Source: Macrostomum hystrix
Lineage: Eukaryota > Animalia > Platyhelminthes
Reading direction: 5' to 3'
Assembly: GCA_950097015.1 (NCBI GenBank)
Contig: CATNEN010000005.1
Span: 5,952,001-6,016,000 of the forward strand
DNA length: 64,000 bases
Shown here: one piece after another, positions 37,068-51,330 of the stretch
Position numbering within the stretch: position 1 is the stretch's first letter
Layout: each line of letters begins with the position of its first letter
Program-made: the position numbers and the translations under genes
The notes under the pieces: model-generated
What the model saw: only the letters and a program-made list of their open reading frames with translations
Told to the model about the DNA's origin: nothing
The model's database searches: none

Positions 37068-38263
37068 AGTCAAGAATGCCCTGTGCAAAGCAGTCAAGAA
37101 TCCCCTGTGTGAGCAGTCTAGAATCCCCTGTGTGAGCAGTCTAGAATCCTCTGTGTGAGCAGTCTAGAATCCCCTGTGTGAGCAGTCTAGAATCCCCTGT
37201 GTGAGCAGTCTAGAATCCTCTGTGTGAGCAGTCTAGAATCCCCTGTGTGAGCAGTCTAGAATCCTCTGTGTGAGCAGTCTAGAATCCCCTGTGTGAGCAG
37301 TCTAGAATCCCCTGTGTGAGCAGTCTAGAATCCTCTGTGTGAGCAGTCTAGAATCCTCTGTGTGAGCAGTCTAGAATGCCCTGTGTGAGCAGTCTAGAAT
37401 CCCCTGTGTGAGCAGTCTAGAATCCCCTGTTCAAAGCAGTCTAGAATGCCCTGTGTGAGCAGTCTAGAATCCTCTGTGTGAGCAGTCTAGAATGCCCTGT
37501 GTGAGCAGTCTAGAATTCCCTGTGTGAGCAGTCTAGAATCCCCTGTTCAAAGCAGTCTAGAATGCCCTGTGTGAGCAGTCTAGAATCCTCTGTGTGAGCA
37601 GTCTAGAATCCTCTGTGTGAGCAGTCTAGAATCCCCTGTGTGAGCAGTCTAGAATCCCCTGTTCAAAGCAGTCTAGAATGCCCTGTGTGAGCAGTCTAGA
37701 ATCCTCTGTGTGAGCAGTCTAGAATGCCCTGTGTGAGCAGTCTAGAATCCCCTGTGTGAGCAGTCTAGAATCCCCTGTTCAAAGCAGTCTAGAATGCCCT
37801 GTGTGAGCAGTCTAGAATCCTCTGTGTGAGCAGTCTAGAATCCTCTGTGTGAGCAGTCTAGAATCCCCTGTGTGAGCAGTCTAGAATCCCCTGTGTGAGC
37901 AGTCTAGAATGCCCTGTGTGAGCAGTCTAGAATCCTCTGTGTGAGCAGTCTAGAATCCTCTGTGTGAGCAGTCTAGAATGCCCTGTGTGAGCAGTCTAGA
38001 ATCCCCTGTTCAAAGCAGTCTAGAATCCCCTGTTCAAAGCAGTCTAGAATGCCCTGTGTGAGCAGTCTAGAATCCTCTGTGTGAGCAGTCTAGAATCCTC
38101 TGTGTGAGCAGTCTAGAATCCCCTGTGTGAGCAGTCTAGAATCCCCTGTGTGAGCAGTCTAGAATCCCCTGTTCAAAGCAGTCTAGAATCCCCTGTTCAA
38201 AGCAGTCTAGAATCCCCTGTCCAAAGCAGTCTAGAATCCCCTGTGGAAAGCAGTCCAGAATCC
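37068..38263. repeat. Minisatellite B', mainly 23-bp AGTCTAGAATCCCCTGTGTGAGC with 24-bp TTCAAAGC variants
   Basis: Same slot as satellite B; ~51 copies. Confidence 0.95.
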
Positions 38264-38474
38264 ATAAATTCAGTTTTTAGAAATTTATTAATTATTTTTC
38301 GCTTTAAACTTTTCAAATAGTCAAAAACAAGCACTTTCCTTTAGATATAGACCTTTGACTTGGTTTTGTTTTTTTTTAATTCATTTCGGTTGTTATTTTC
38401 TTAACTGCTCTTATTGTGCACACCTTTTTAAGAACTAACAAGATTACATGCTTATCGTTTAATCTATCTTTACT

Positions 38475-38960
38475 CACATGTTTATCTTGTGTTTACAGAC
38501 CCAGCTCACATGTTTATCTTGTGTTTACAGCCCTAGCTCACATGTTTATCTTGTGTTTACAGACCCAGCTCACATGTTTATCTTGTGTTTACAGACCCAG
38601 CTCACATGTTTATCTTGTGTTTACAGACCCAGCTGACATGTTTATCATGTGTTTAGAGCCCTAGCTCACATGTTTATCTTGTGTTTCCAGCCCTAGCTCA
38701 CATGTTTATCTTGTGTTTACAGCCCTAGCTCACATGTTTATCTTGTGTTTACAGCCATAGCTCACATGTTTATCTTGTGTTTACAGCCCTAGCTGACATG
38801 TTTATCTTGTGTTTACAGCCCTAGCTCATATGTTTATCTTGTGTTTACAGCCCTAGCTCACATGTTTATCTTGTGTTTACAGCCCTAGCTCACATGTTTA
38901 TCTTGTGTTTACAGACCTAGTTCATATGTTTATCTTGTGTTTACAGCCCTAGCTCACTCA
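38475..38960. repeat. Minisatellite C (32 bp), unit 2
   Basis: ~15 copies. Confidence 0.95.
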
Positions 38961-39348
38961 TTTCTAACACTAAATTGTTTTACAACAGTGTTCGGGTGTC
39001 TAATGGCATGAATGCTGCATCACAATGGTCCAGTGTACAATTTTGAGTTGTATTTGAGCAGTTTTAGTCATGAATTGATCAAAATATTCAAAATTATCTT
39101 GGCTGAATCTGATCTGACACATGAGTGAAGCAGCAGTTGTCATCCAATGGTCCCGAGTCCTGTTTCAAATCCCATGACTATTTTCTCCCGAGAAATGAAT
39201 TATCCCAGACTAAAAGCTGATTGACAGGAGCAATCGATGTTTATCCCAGCCATTTGCTCAAAATCAAAATAAATTATTTTGTTATAAAAGTCAGACTCGA
39301 ACTCTGAGAACTATTGACACCTTCTGATTAGAAACCTAATGTCTCTGA

Positions 39349-39565
39349 CTTGCCTGATGATTCACTCACTCAGTTGGCACAATGTCACAGGTGTGGCTCT
39401 TGGACTTGGCTGATGATTCACTCACTCAGTTGGCACAATGTCACAGGTGTGGCTCTTGGACTTGGCTGATGATTCACTCACTCAGTTGGCACAATGTCAC
39501 AGGTGTGGCTCTTGGACTTGGCTGATGATTCACTCACTCAGTTGGCACAATGTCACAGGTGTGGC
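39349..39565. repeat. Tandem repeat D, 56-bp unit CTTG(C/G)CTGATGATTCACTCACTCAGTTGGCACAATGTCACAGGTGTGGCTCTTGGA, 4 copies
   Basis: Copies at 39349, 39405, 39461, 39517; single copy in unit 1 (13561), 5 copies in unit 3. Confidence 0.92.
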
Positions 39566-39862
39566 AGGATCGAAGCTGGAATCGCAACAGGATCGAAGCT
39601 GGAATCGCAGCAAGATTGTAGCTGGAATCGCAGCAGGATCGAAGCTGGAATCGCAGCAGGATCGAAGCTGGAATCGCAGCAGGAGTGTTCCTGGAATCGC
39701 AGCGGGGTTGTAGCTGGAATCGCAGCATGATTGTAGCTGGAATCGCAGCATGATTGTAGCTGGAATCGCAGCATGATTGTAGCTGGAATCGCAGCAGCAT
39801 TTTAGCTGGAATCGCAGCAGCATTGTAGCTGGAATCGCATCAGGATGGGAGCTGGAATCGCA
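39566..39862. repeat. Minisatellite J, 23-bp unit GCTGGAATCGCAGCAGGATCGAA (unit 2 only)
   Basis: ~13 copies; lies in a segment (39566-40165) that replaces 13617-15228 of unit 1. Confidence 0.9.
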
Positions 39863-42347
39863 TTACAAAAACTAATTTTGTCACAGAGGTCCTGAGTGAA
39901 ACAGCGATGAAGCTTCGAAGTTTAAGCTGGTTGCAAAATATTTCATTTATTCTACTTGGAGTAGTTTCGTAAGCCGAGTTACTTGAGCTTTTGAGTCCTA
40001 AACAAGAGGTCTGAAGTTCGAATCCAAAGCTTGTACCATAATCCTTCACATATTGTTCTCTTTACTACTTCTAGTATTTCTGAGAGAGTTAAAAAAGCCC
40101 TGTTCATTGCCAATTGCGTGTGTGGTGACAGTGGATCATTGGGTCAGTCAAAAGCTAGAGAATGAGTGTGAGAGATACAATTCAGACTACTGACAACAGT
40201 AGAAAAGCAAGGACTTGGCTGCAAAACTCTCACATAACACTAAAAAATATCGCCATAGAAAATGACAAGCTTAAAAGAGACTTCTGTGCACACTGAGAGT
40301 GGTGGGAGAGGACTGCGTGTGGCTATGGCTGACTGACGAAGGCAAACAAGCCAGAAACCGGTCTCGGTCTGCCAGCGCGAGGTTCGTTCCCCACTTTTAG
40401 TGTGTTACAGGCCGAATGCTAGCCGAAAGCGGTATCTACATTTCGAAGCGTTGCCACCGCAGTGCCGAATTGCAAGCCTGTATGCATTGGCACTGGATGC
40501 TGACCAAATAAGAACACAATGAAAGGACAGAACAGAATAAAACAGGAGGCACTTATCATTGAGCAGACATCAGACGAAAGCGAGCCCGAGAATAAACTGC
40601 TCAATAGTAAATTTATTAGCAGCAGAGCTCGAAATTATTTTATTTACAAATGACTAATTAGTCGATAACAATAGCGAGTATTCGAAGATTTTGAAAAATA
40701 AAGTAGCTATATGTTTAACTGCGAAGCATAAGGAAATTATAGAAAACAGAGTGAATAACATTAGCCTAATAAAAATATTAATCGACAAGTTTGAGGAATC
40801 GCCATGCACCTTTGGGAGGGCAACTGCTTTTCCATCTGGTATACCAGAGACGATTTGGCGGCAAGTAGTGTAAGTGCCTTATGTGTAGCAGGCGCGACTC
40901 ACACGGATATTCATAAAGGTTGCAACGAAGAATATTAATTGTTCGTTATACCGCCATGACAATCAACAGAATTTGCCCCTTCACGGCCTTCAGTTGCACC
41001 AATATAATGCGACTCAGGACGGTAATGACTTCTGAATCCTGTAGAAAACCGGCAAATCTTAGTGATAATCCCCTCCACTGGAACATGTTTCCACTTGACA
41101 CTCCTGCAGTAGGTTCAGACAACACCAGGATTTTCTTCAGCCAAAGCTAATTGCACAATTACTGCATTGACAGGTTTACTGTCTTATTTAGCAGTAATTG
41201 CCAGCCGAAATGACTGACTAGCAAGACCGCCAATTCCATGATGTATAAACTAGTTCATAAATAGAAAACTGGCTGAACTTTGACTTTTTGTCTTCAGGAA
41301 AGTAGAGTAGAGCACACTGCCTATTTTCAAATGCTAACTTTGAAAAGGATTGTAGAACAAGTTGCTGAAATGAATAAAATATAAATGAGTGATAGCATAC
41401 AGATAATTTGTTAGCTAAGCAATTGTTTTACCTAGCAAAAGTGGCTCTAATGCTATAGTAGAATGCCTGCCGTAACGGCCACCGTAACGCTGCAACGGAT
41501 AGAAGAGACGCTGATTGCGGGCCGACTACGCAATGGCTACAGAATAGAATAGAATGCGACATTATCAGTCGAGCCGCCTGCTATCCGCTTACTCATTTCC
41601 CATTGGGCAGCCGTTGATTAGCGCTAAATGCCCATTTGCACAGCAAAAACAAAATTAAAAAGCTTGTATCTCGTGTCAGTAAGCAACGATTTTTGCAAAA
41701 ATGTTTATACAAAGATAAATCAGTTCTTTTGGAAGGGCCGAGCATATTTTATCTACAGAAAAGCAAAACAGTTGCTGCTTCCGAGCCTAGCTCTCGCAGC
41801 TGTCTTTGTACCTCACAATACGAGTATGCCAACTGCAACAATAAGCCACAATGAGCATAAGACTCAGAGACTAAAACTGTTTGCAGCCATAAAAATGGAG
41901 GCTGTCGAGGCTTTGAAATCTTTCGCCCAAGAAAAACTTTAGTCATAAAGGAAAGCCGAATCGAGCACAGACTCTTAATTGAGGCTCGAGTAGTGCTCTA
42001 GCTGCTCAGCCGTGTTCTCGAACTCAACTCGGGGTTTGGTGGGTCCTTTGTGTAGCCGCACAGATTCTCTCTTGTGTTGAGGCACAAGTTGAGTACAGGA
42101 CTCATTCTTTTAAATGCTGAGTAGCCAAGAATGTATTTTACCTGGCATTGAAACTGATGCAAATGGAGGCTGCGAATGGGGGATGGTCATTTTGTCTCCT
42201 ACTCAAACTCAACTCAACTAGTAAGTCTACTCAGTGCAGCCATGCAGAAATATTTCTATATGAGCTCAGAAAGCATTGCAATAGAGGAGCCCTAAAAACT
42301 GATGCACACAGTCGCAATGCAGTGTGGCCTGCGATGCCCATCCTTCT

Positions 42348-42547
42348 GTTGCTAGGCAACAATAAACAAACTGGCGCCAATTTAAGAGCCGGAGTGGAGC
42401 ATCGTTTCGCTCTTCATTTGCGACGGCAGCTTTCAAGCAGCCGACTGACCGACATCCACCGACCGAGTCTCTCCGTTGCTAGGCGACTCTCTCCGTTGCT
42501 AGGCGAGACTCTCCGGATCTCCCGTTGCTGCTGTAGTGCAGGTGAGG
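42348..42547 (+). promoter_or_regulatory. X-box cluster 1, unit 2 copy, with donor-like GTGAGG at 42542
   Basis: Near-identical to 17417-17616. Confidence 0.45.
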
Positions 42548-42696
42548 GGGTTAATTGCTGAACTAGTTTCCATAAACTAAACAGTGCTTTACTCTCTTAA
42601 TGCTGTCATTTCTAACCAACAGTAGGTATATTAGAAAAAATGAGACACTGAATGATATAACCAGAACGAAATGGCACGTTGATTAACGTGAAAAAA

Positions 42697-44519
42697 GAGA
42701 CAGAATGACATGAAATGAGAGACACAATGACATGAAATGAGAGACACAATGACATGAAATGAGAGACACAATGACATGAAATGAGAGACACAATGACATG
42801 AAATGAGAGACACAATGACATGAAATGAGAGACAGAATGACATGAAATGAGAGACAGAATGATATGAAATGAGACGCAATGACATGAAATGAGAGACACA
42901 ATGACATGAAATGAGAGACACAATGACATGAAATGAGAGACACAATGACATGAAATGAGAGACACAATGACATGAAATGAGAGACACAATGACATGAAAT
43001 GAGAGACACAATGACATGAAATGAGAGACACAATGACATGAAATGAGAGACACAATGACATGAAATGAGAGACACAATGACATGAAATGAGAGACACAAT
43101 GACATGAAATGAGAGACACAATGACATGAAATGAGAGACACAATGACATGAAATGAGAGACACAATGACATAAAATGAGAGACACAATGACATGAAATGA
43201 AAGACACAATGACATGAAATGAGAGACACAATGACATGAAATGAGAGACACAATGACATGAAATGAGAGACACAATGACATGAAATGAGAGACACAATGA
43301 CATGAAATGAGAGACACAATGACATGAAATGAGAGACACAATGACATGAAATGAGAGACACAATGACATGAAATGAGAGACACAATGACATGAAATGAGA
43401 GACACAATGACATGAAATGAGAGACACAATGACATGAAATGAGAGACACAATGACATGAAATGAGAGACACAATGACATGAAATGAGAGACACAATGACA
43501 TGAAATGAGAGACACAATGACATGAAATGAGAGACACAATGACATGAAATGAGAGACACAATGACATGAAATGAGAGACACAATGACATGAAATGAGAGA
43601 CACAATGACATGAAATGAGAGACACAATGACATGAAATGAGAGACACAATGACATGAAATGAGAGACACAATGACATGAAATGAGAGACACAATGACATG
43701 AAATGAGAGACACAATGACATGAAATGAGAGACACAATGACATAAAATGAGAGACACAATGACATGAAATGAAAGACACAATGACATGAAATGAGAGACA
43801 CAATGACATGAAATGAGAGACACAATGACATGAAATGAGAGACACAATGACATGAAATGAGAGACACAATGACATGAAATGAGAGACACAATGACATGAA
43901 ATGAGAGACACAATGACATGAAATGAGAGACACAATGACATGAAATGAGAGACACAATGACATGAAATGAGAGACACAATGACATGAAATGAGAGACACA
44001 ATGACATGAAATGAGAGACACAATGACATGAAATGAGAGACACAATGACATGAAATGAGAGACACAATGACATGAAATGAGAGACACAATGACATGAAAT
44101 GAGAGACACAATGACATGAAATGAGAGACACAATGACATGAAATGAGAGACACAATGACATGAAATGAGAGACACAATGACATGAAATGAGAGACACAAT
44201 GACATGAAATGAGAGACACAATGACATGAAATGAGAGACACAATGACATGAAATGAGAGACACAATGACATGAAATGAGAGACACAATGACATAAAATGA
44301 GAGACACAATGACATGAAATGAAAGACACAATGACATGAAATGAGAGACACAATGACATGAAATGAGAGACACAATGACATGAAATGAGAGACACAATGA
44401 CATGAAATGAGAGACACAATGACATGAAATGAGAGACACAATGACATGAAATGAGAGACACAATGACATGAAATGAGAGACACAATGACATGAAATGAGA
44501 GACACAATGACATGAGATG
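42697..44519. repeat. Minisatellite F (22 bp), unit 2
   Basis: ~83 copies. Confidence 0.97.
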
Positions 44520-45101
44520 AGGCCTAATTTAGTCTCCAAAGTTGGCATCTGAGCTAATTTTTCAATATTTCTTCGCGAATACATTAAAAGTCCATCTTCA
44601 AGACCTCACAGAAAGTCTAATCTTAGTATTTTAGAAAATTATTCTTCAAGCAATGGCCCTCTCACCCAAATACACCCAAAGCAATTCGCACAGAACAATG
44701 GACAGCAACAATGAACCCACAGCCGAAACTGTTTTGCAGCAATAAAATATTCAATGGCGAGTTTGAGCAGGCTAACTCATGCTTTGTCTTCGTCTCAAAC
44801 TCAACTCGAGTCTTCTCTGTGCAGATTGAAGCAGCCCCTCAACCTGTGTGTTCAAAGTGAGCAGTGTTTAATCTCTCATGTGGCATTGAAACTGTTGCCA
44901 ATGGAAGCTGAGAATGGGTTGGACAAAGTACTTTTGTCACCGACTCAAACCCATCTCAGATGCTTTAGTAGGCCATGCAGACCTGTCTCCGTATGGACTC
45001 AGTGTTCATGTACTTTAATCAGCTCATAGGATGTTTGAGTAGCACAAACTGGAGCACACAGTCGCAATGCAGTGTAGAATGTATGCTCAACCCATGCTTC
45101 T

Positions 45102-45306
45102 GTTGCTAGGCAACAAATAAACAAATTCGCACCGATTCAAAGTTACTGTCGAGTATCCGTTTTCTCTTCATTCACAGCCAACTGAATCATTTTTTAAACT
45201 GCTGAAGCCTCTGAGTCTGTCTGTTGCTAGGTGAGTCTCTCCGTTGCTAGGCGAGTCTCTCCGGATCGCCCATTGCTGGCAGTGTCCAGAGGACTCAAAG
45301 GTAAGT
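45102..45306 (+). promoter_or_regulatory. X-box cluster 2, unit 2 copy, with donor GTAAGT at 45301
   Basis: Near-identical to 19953-20177. Confidence 0.45.
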
Positions 45307-46395
45307 AAATTAAACTTTTTAGTTCAACAGCTTCCGGTTTTTGTGCGCACATCCAAGATCTTTAATCATAGTTTAAATTCTGCATACTTTAAGTTACTTG
45401 TACGAGTATCGTCTTTTCCATTTGCCAATAGCTACTTCACCAGCTGTTACAGTATTTAAGTCAAAATATGTATTTATATGGGCTGGCCTGGCGGTGCAAT
45501 CAGAGTGGAAAAAGTTGTCTTTTACAATTCCGTTTTCTGTAAGCCATTTGCTACTTTCTACTGTAAGTAGTGCTGATTAGGCATACCTTTTTAGACTACT
45601 ATATCTTAGGCTATTATATTATTATAATAGGCTATCTTAGGATAAAACGCACTGTTATTTCCGATACTCACTACTGCAAACAGTGTGCAACAACAACTAA
45701 CCATGAAGATTGCGGTGAAAAAGAGATATAAGTGGAAAAATATTTAAAAGAAAAGAAAAAATAGGACAAAATTGCGAGTGTAAATTAATGCTAAAGAGAA
45801 GGGAAGAGAGAGGAGGAGAGAAGAAGAAGGAGTATCGAATAGTCAAGCATCATATTATATTTCATTTCTAGACTGATAGAAGATAGGAGCTAACGGAGAT
45901 AGATGGGTAGGAGACAGAAGAAATTGTTTCAATCGGGATCATTTATCAATGGGAATAATTCCTCAATAGGGATAATTTGTCAGAGGAAAGTTTGATAAAA
46001 TATGATCATTTGTCAGTGGAAAATCTAACGTCATGGGACAATTTTATCGCGGGAAAAATAGAAAATTTTGTCAATTAATAAAACGAGAAAGTGAAATTTA
46101 TTCTACATTGATAATTTTACAATTTTACGTGTAATTTGACAAAGAAGTATCCTTGTCGAAGAAGATAATTTGCCCAGGAAGGATAATTTAAACCGAGGGC
46201 TTTAGACAAAGGGGACACTTTCTCAAATGAGGATATATCGATTAAAGGACTTTTTGCCACGGAATACAGATAAGTATGTACAAAGAGACGAATGTAAAAT
46301 CAGGGACAATATACCACAATTAAATTTGACACACCAATTTTAAACTATTTGACCCGGGCGAATAAATTAATGAAAGAAGTAAAACCCAGCTGTTA

Positions 46396-47630
46396 TACTT
46401 GCAGTAGTACTGTAGTGATATTGTGCTTGCAGTAGCACTGTAGTGATATTATACTTGCAGTAGTACTGTAGTGATTTTATACTTGCACTAGTACTGTAGT
46501 GATATTATACTTGCAGTAGTACTGTAGTGATATTATACTTGCAGTAGTACTGTAGTGATATTGTACTTGCAGTAGTACTGTAGTGATATTGTACTTGCAG
46601 TAGTACTGTAGTGATATCATACTTGCAGTAGTACTGTAGTGATATTGTGCTTGCAGTAGCACTGTAGTGATATTATACTTGCAGTAGTACTGTAGTGATT
46701 TTATACTTGCACTAGTACTGTAGTGATATTATACTTGCAGTAGTACTGTAGTGATATTATACTTGCAGTAGTACTGTAGTGATATTGTACTTGCAGTAGT
46801 ACTGTAGTGATATTGTACTTGCAGTAGTACTGTAGTGATATAATACTTGCAGTAGTACTGTAGTGATATCATACTTGCAGTAGTACTGTAGTGATATTGT
46901 ACTTGCAGTAGTACTGTAGTGATATTGTACTTGCAGTAGTACTGTAGTAATATAATACTTGCAGTAGTAGTGTAGTGATATCATAATTGCAGTAGTACTG
47001 TAGTGATATTGTAATTGCAGTAGTACTGTAGCGATATTATACTTGCAGTAGTACTGTAGTGATATTGTACTTGCAGTAGTACTGTAGTGATATTGTACTT
47101 GCAGTAGTACTGTAGTGATATTATACTTGCAGTAGTACTGTAGTGATAATGTAATTGCAGTAGTACTGTAGTGATATTATACTTGCAGTAGTACTGTAGT
47201 GATATTGTACTTGCAGTAGTACTGTAGTGATATTGTACTTGCAGTAGTACTGTAGTGATATTATACTTGCAGTAGTACTGTAGTGATATCATACTTGCAG
47301 CAGTACTGTAGTGATATCATACTTGCAGTAGTACTGTAGTGATATTGTACTTGCAGTAGTACTGTAGTGATATCATACTTGCAGTAGTACTGTAGTGATA
47401 TTATACTTGCAGTAGTACTGTAGTGATATCATACTTGCAGTAGTACTGTAGTGATATCATACTTGCAGTAGTACTGTAGTGATATCATACTTGCAGTAGT
47501 ACTGTAGTGATATTATACTTGCAGTAGTACTGTAGTGATATTGTAATTGCAGTAGTACTGTAGCGATATTATACTTGCAGTAGTACTGTAGTGATATTAT
47601 ACTTGCAGTAGTACTGTAGTGATAATTTGC
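46396..47630. repeat. Minisatellite G (28 bp), unit 2
   Basis: ~44 copies. Confidence 0.96.
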
Positions 47631-47786
47631 TTGTAGCATTGCTGCAGTATGAAGGGATTATTGAGGCAAAAAGAGAGTAGAAAGAATATGTTGGTGTTTA
47701 ATTAGACTATTTTTTACATCATATTTCCTTATTCCGTTTCGGCAGCCTTCGAACTGCTCACTCACTGACAGCCTCTGAGTCTCACC

Positions 47787-47985
47787 GTTGCTAGGCGAGT
47801 CTCACCGTTGCTAGGCGAGTCTCCCCCGTTGCCAGGGAAGTGTCTCCGTTGCCAGGCGAGTCTCCTCCGTTGCCAGGGAAGTGTCTCCGTTGCTAGGCGA
47901 GTCTCCCCCGTTGCTAGGCGAGTCTCAGCAAGTCGCTCACCGCTGCTGTTGCAGCTGCAGCTGCATCGCGGACTCATCGGTGAGT
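47787..47985 (+). promoter_or_regulatory. X-box half-site cluster 3, unit 2 copy (7 half-sites at ~20-bp spacing), donor GTGAGT at 47980
   Basis: GTTGC(T/C)AGG at 47787, 47807, 47828, 47848, 47869, 47889, 47910. Confidence 0.42.
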
Positions 47986-48334
47986 GTTGTTGGCTGGAAA
48001 AGTACAATTTGCATACTGGCATTTGCTGACTCTGACCATAGACACCAATAGGAAATAAAGTGCGAATTTACTGATTGGACGGGTTTGCAGCTTCTTGCTG
48101 AAATTCGCTGGTGGAATTTCGCTTAAGAACTTTGTGTTCTTAAGAATATTGGTAAGAAAATTGGCGATAAATCTTCGTTTGTGAGTAACATTTTACAGGA
48201 AATAATTTGCCTATTGAGAGGATAATTTGACAACTAAGGGGAGACTTTTAATAAAGTGTGATAAGCTACTAATTGAGAAGATATATTTGTTGATTAAGGG
48301 GATGACTTGGGGATTAAGGGAATCATTTTGGGAT

Positions 48335-49475
48335 TTGTGGGGTTAATTTGTGGATTGAGGGGATAAATTTAGGATTTAAGGGATAATCTGTGGATTGAGG
48401 GGACAATCTGTGGATTGAGGGGACAAACTGTGGATTGAGGGGATAATCTGTGGATTGAGGGGATAATCTGTGGATTGAGGGGATAATCTGTGGATTGAGG
48501 GGATAAATTTAGGATTTAAGGGATAATCTGTGGATTGAGGGGACAATCTGTGGATTGAGGGGACAAACTGTGGATTGAGGGGATAATCTGTGGATTGAGG
48601 GGATAATCTGTGGATTGAGGGGATAATCTGTGGATTGAGGGGATAATCTGTGGATTGAGGGTATAATCTGTGGATTGAGGGGATAATCTGTGGATTGAGG
48701 GGATAATCTGTGGATTGAGGGGATAATCTGTGGATTGAGGGGATAATCTGTGGATTGAGGGGATAATCTGTGGATTGAGGGGATAATCTGTGGATTGAGG
48801 GTATAATCTGTGGATTGAGTGGATAATCTGTGGATTGAGTGGATAATCTGTGGATTGAGCGGATATTCTGTGGATTGAGGGGATATTCTGTGGATTGAGG
48901 GGATAATCTGTGGATTGAAGGGATAATCTGTGGATTGAGGGGATAGTCTGGATTGAGGGGATAATCTGTGGATTGAGGGGATAATCTGTGAATTGAGGGA
49001 TAATCTGTGGATTGAGGGGATAATCTGTTGATTGAGGGGATAATCTGTGGATTGAGGGGATAATCTGTGGATTGATGGGATAATCTTTGGATTGAGGGGA
49101 TAATCTGTGGATTGAGGGGATAATCTGTGGATTGAGGGGATAATCTGTGGATTGAGGGGATAATCTGTGGATTGAGGGGATAATCTGTGGATTGAGGGGA
49201 TAATCTGTGGATTGAGGGGATAATCTGTGGATTGATAGGATAATCTGTGAATTGAGGGGATAATCTGTGGATTGAGGGGATAATCTGTGGATTGATGGGA
49301 TAATCTGTGGATTGAGGGGATAATTTGTGGATTGAGGGGATAATCTGTGGATTGAGGGGATAATCTGTGAATTGAGGGGATAATCTGTGGATTGAGGGGA
49401 TCATCTGTGGATTGAGGGGATAATCTTTGGATTGAGGGGATAATTTGTGGATTGAGGGGATAATTTGTGGATTGA
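48335..49475. repeat. Minisatellite H', 20-bp unit TTGAGGGGATAATCTGTGGA
   Basis: Homogeneous relative of satellite H; a short H-type remnant follows at ~49930-50055. Confidence 0.95.
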
Positions 49476-49699
49476 TGTATTGTTCGCCAACTTAGTGGTA
49501 CATTTTTTAATTAAGTGTGATAAAAACCCAAACAGAAAGGAGACATTTAAAATGTATTAGATGACAGGAATCAGTTGCAACTCAGGGTAGAGAGGGAAGA
49601 AGAGGAATAGAGAAGGGAATAAGGAGGGAATATGGGAGTAGAGACGGGTACCAGTCAAGACTATTCGATTCCAACTTATTTTCCACAGCAGGTAACTGG

Positions 49700-49730
49700 C
49701 AACCAATGAGTGTCTCTGTTGCTAGGCAAC
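49700..49730 (+). promoter_or_regulatory. CCAAT box adjacent to a full X-box (GTTGCTAGGCAAC at 49718)
   Basis: Motif match only; closest full X-box to gene 3. Confidence 0.35.
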
Positions 49731-50544
49731 TTTGCGTACTTGTAGTTGCTAACTTTGTCGATAGTAACCCTATTGGAGATAGTGTGCTCATTGACTGATT
49801 GAACGGGTCCTGAAGCTTCTTGCTGAAATACGCTGGTGGAATTTCACTTTGTGTTTAAGTTTAGGCAAAAATTCTTCGTTTGGATGTACAGTTGCCGTCT
49901 GAGGCGAATATTTTGAGAACTGAGGGGACAATTCGTGGATTTAGGGGATAATTTGCGGATTTAGAGGATAATTCGAGGATTTGTGGGATAATGCGCGGAT
50001 TTAGGGGATAATGCGCGGATTTGGGGGATAACGCGCGGATTTAGGGGATAATTTTAAATGGGATAGAGGGGAAACTGTGTTGATTATTAGCTAAATATTG
50101 GGATTAAACTGCCGTTGATTTGACATATTGCAAGATAAGTGGGATAAGCTGCAATGGACGGTGATTCTTAGAAACTCGGCTGACAAACAATATTATTCTC
50201 AAGTTTTCCCACTATGCAGTGAGAGGCTGTTGCTAAAGTTGCGACTGAACAGCGAGCCACCGTATAATAAACTACCGAATAACTGCAATGAATGGCCTTG
50301 GTTACAGGTTCTACTTTTCTTCCGCGTTTCTGTTTGGCAATAATCTTTCGCCATGCCGACACGCAAAGTCCTGGTTTGATTTGTCTGTTGTAAAATTCAA
50401 TACCTCAGCGATTAGGAAAACACGTTCGGCTAGTGTTCTTCATTTACACGATACTCACAAAAGAATTTCGAGAAATAAATAGATGGAGGGGAATAGTCAT
50501 AGACAGAAGAATAGACGGAGGAATAGACGGAGGAATATACAGGG

Positions 50545-51330
50545 GATTAGAGTGAGCAACTGAGAGGATGAGAGTGAGGAACTGAGAGGGATGAGAGTGA
50601 GGAACTGAGAGGGATGAGAGTGAGGAACTGAGAGGGATGAGAGTGAGGAACTGAGAGGGATGAGAGTGAGGAACTGAGAGGGATGAGAGTGAGGAACTGA
50701 GAGGGATGAGAGTGAGGAACTCAGAGGGATTAGAGTGAGGAACTGAGAGGGATTAGAGTGAGGAACTGAGAGGGATGAGAGTGAGGAACTGAGAGGACAT
50801 TGGAGTGAGGAACTCAGAGGGATTAGAGTGAGGAACTGAGAGGGATTAGAGTGAGGAACTGAGAGGACATTGGAGTGAGGAACTCAGAGGGATTAGAGTG
50901 AGGAACAGAGAGGGATGAGAGTGAGGAACAGAGAGGGATGAGAGTGAGGAACAGAGAGGGATGAGAGTGAGGAACAGAGAGGGATGAGAGTGAGGAACTG
51001 AGAGGGATTAGAGTGAGGAACTCAGAGGGATGAGAGTGAGGAACTGAGGGATTAGAGTGAGGAACTGAGAGGGATTAGAGTGAGGAACTGAGAGGGATGA
51101 GAGTGAGGAACTCAGAGGGATGAGAGTGAGGAACAGAGAGGGATGAGAGTGAGGAACAGAGAGGGATGAGAGTGAGGAACTGAGAGGGATTAGAGTGAGG
51201 AACTCAGAGGGATGAGAGTGAGGAACTGAGAGGGATTAGAGTGAGGAACTGAGAGGGATTAGAGTGAGGAACTGAGAGGGATTAGAGTGAGGAACCGAGA
51301 GGACATTGGAGTGAGGAACAGAGAGGGTGA
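50545..51330. repeat. Minisatellite A (23 bp), unit 3
   Basis: Same unit and same terminal sequence as 1-3190. Confidence 0.95.

Larger units (their letters stand above)
25720..50540 (+). repeat. Tandem segmental unit 2
   Basis: Complete unit with gene 2 and satellites A', B', C, D, J, F, G, H'. Confidence 0.9.

Noticed and set aside
39349-39565. CTGATGA in repeat D as hammerhead ribozyme core or snoRNA box C
   Set aside because: No correctly placed GAAA or pairable stems I-III; no terminal stem or convincing box D geometry
12655-47630. CRISPR-like appearance of 28-32 bp repeats (C, G)
   Set aside because: No unique spacers, no cas genes, eukaryotic context
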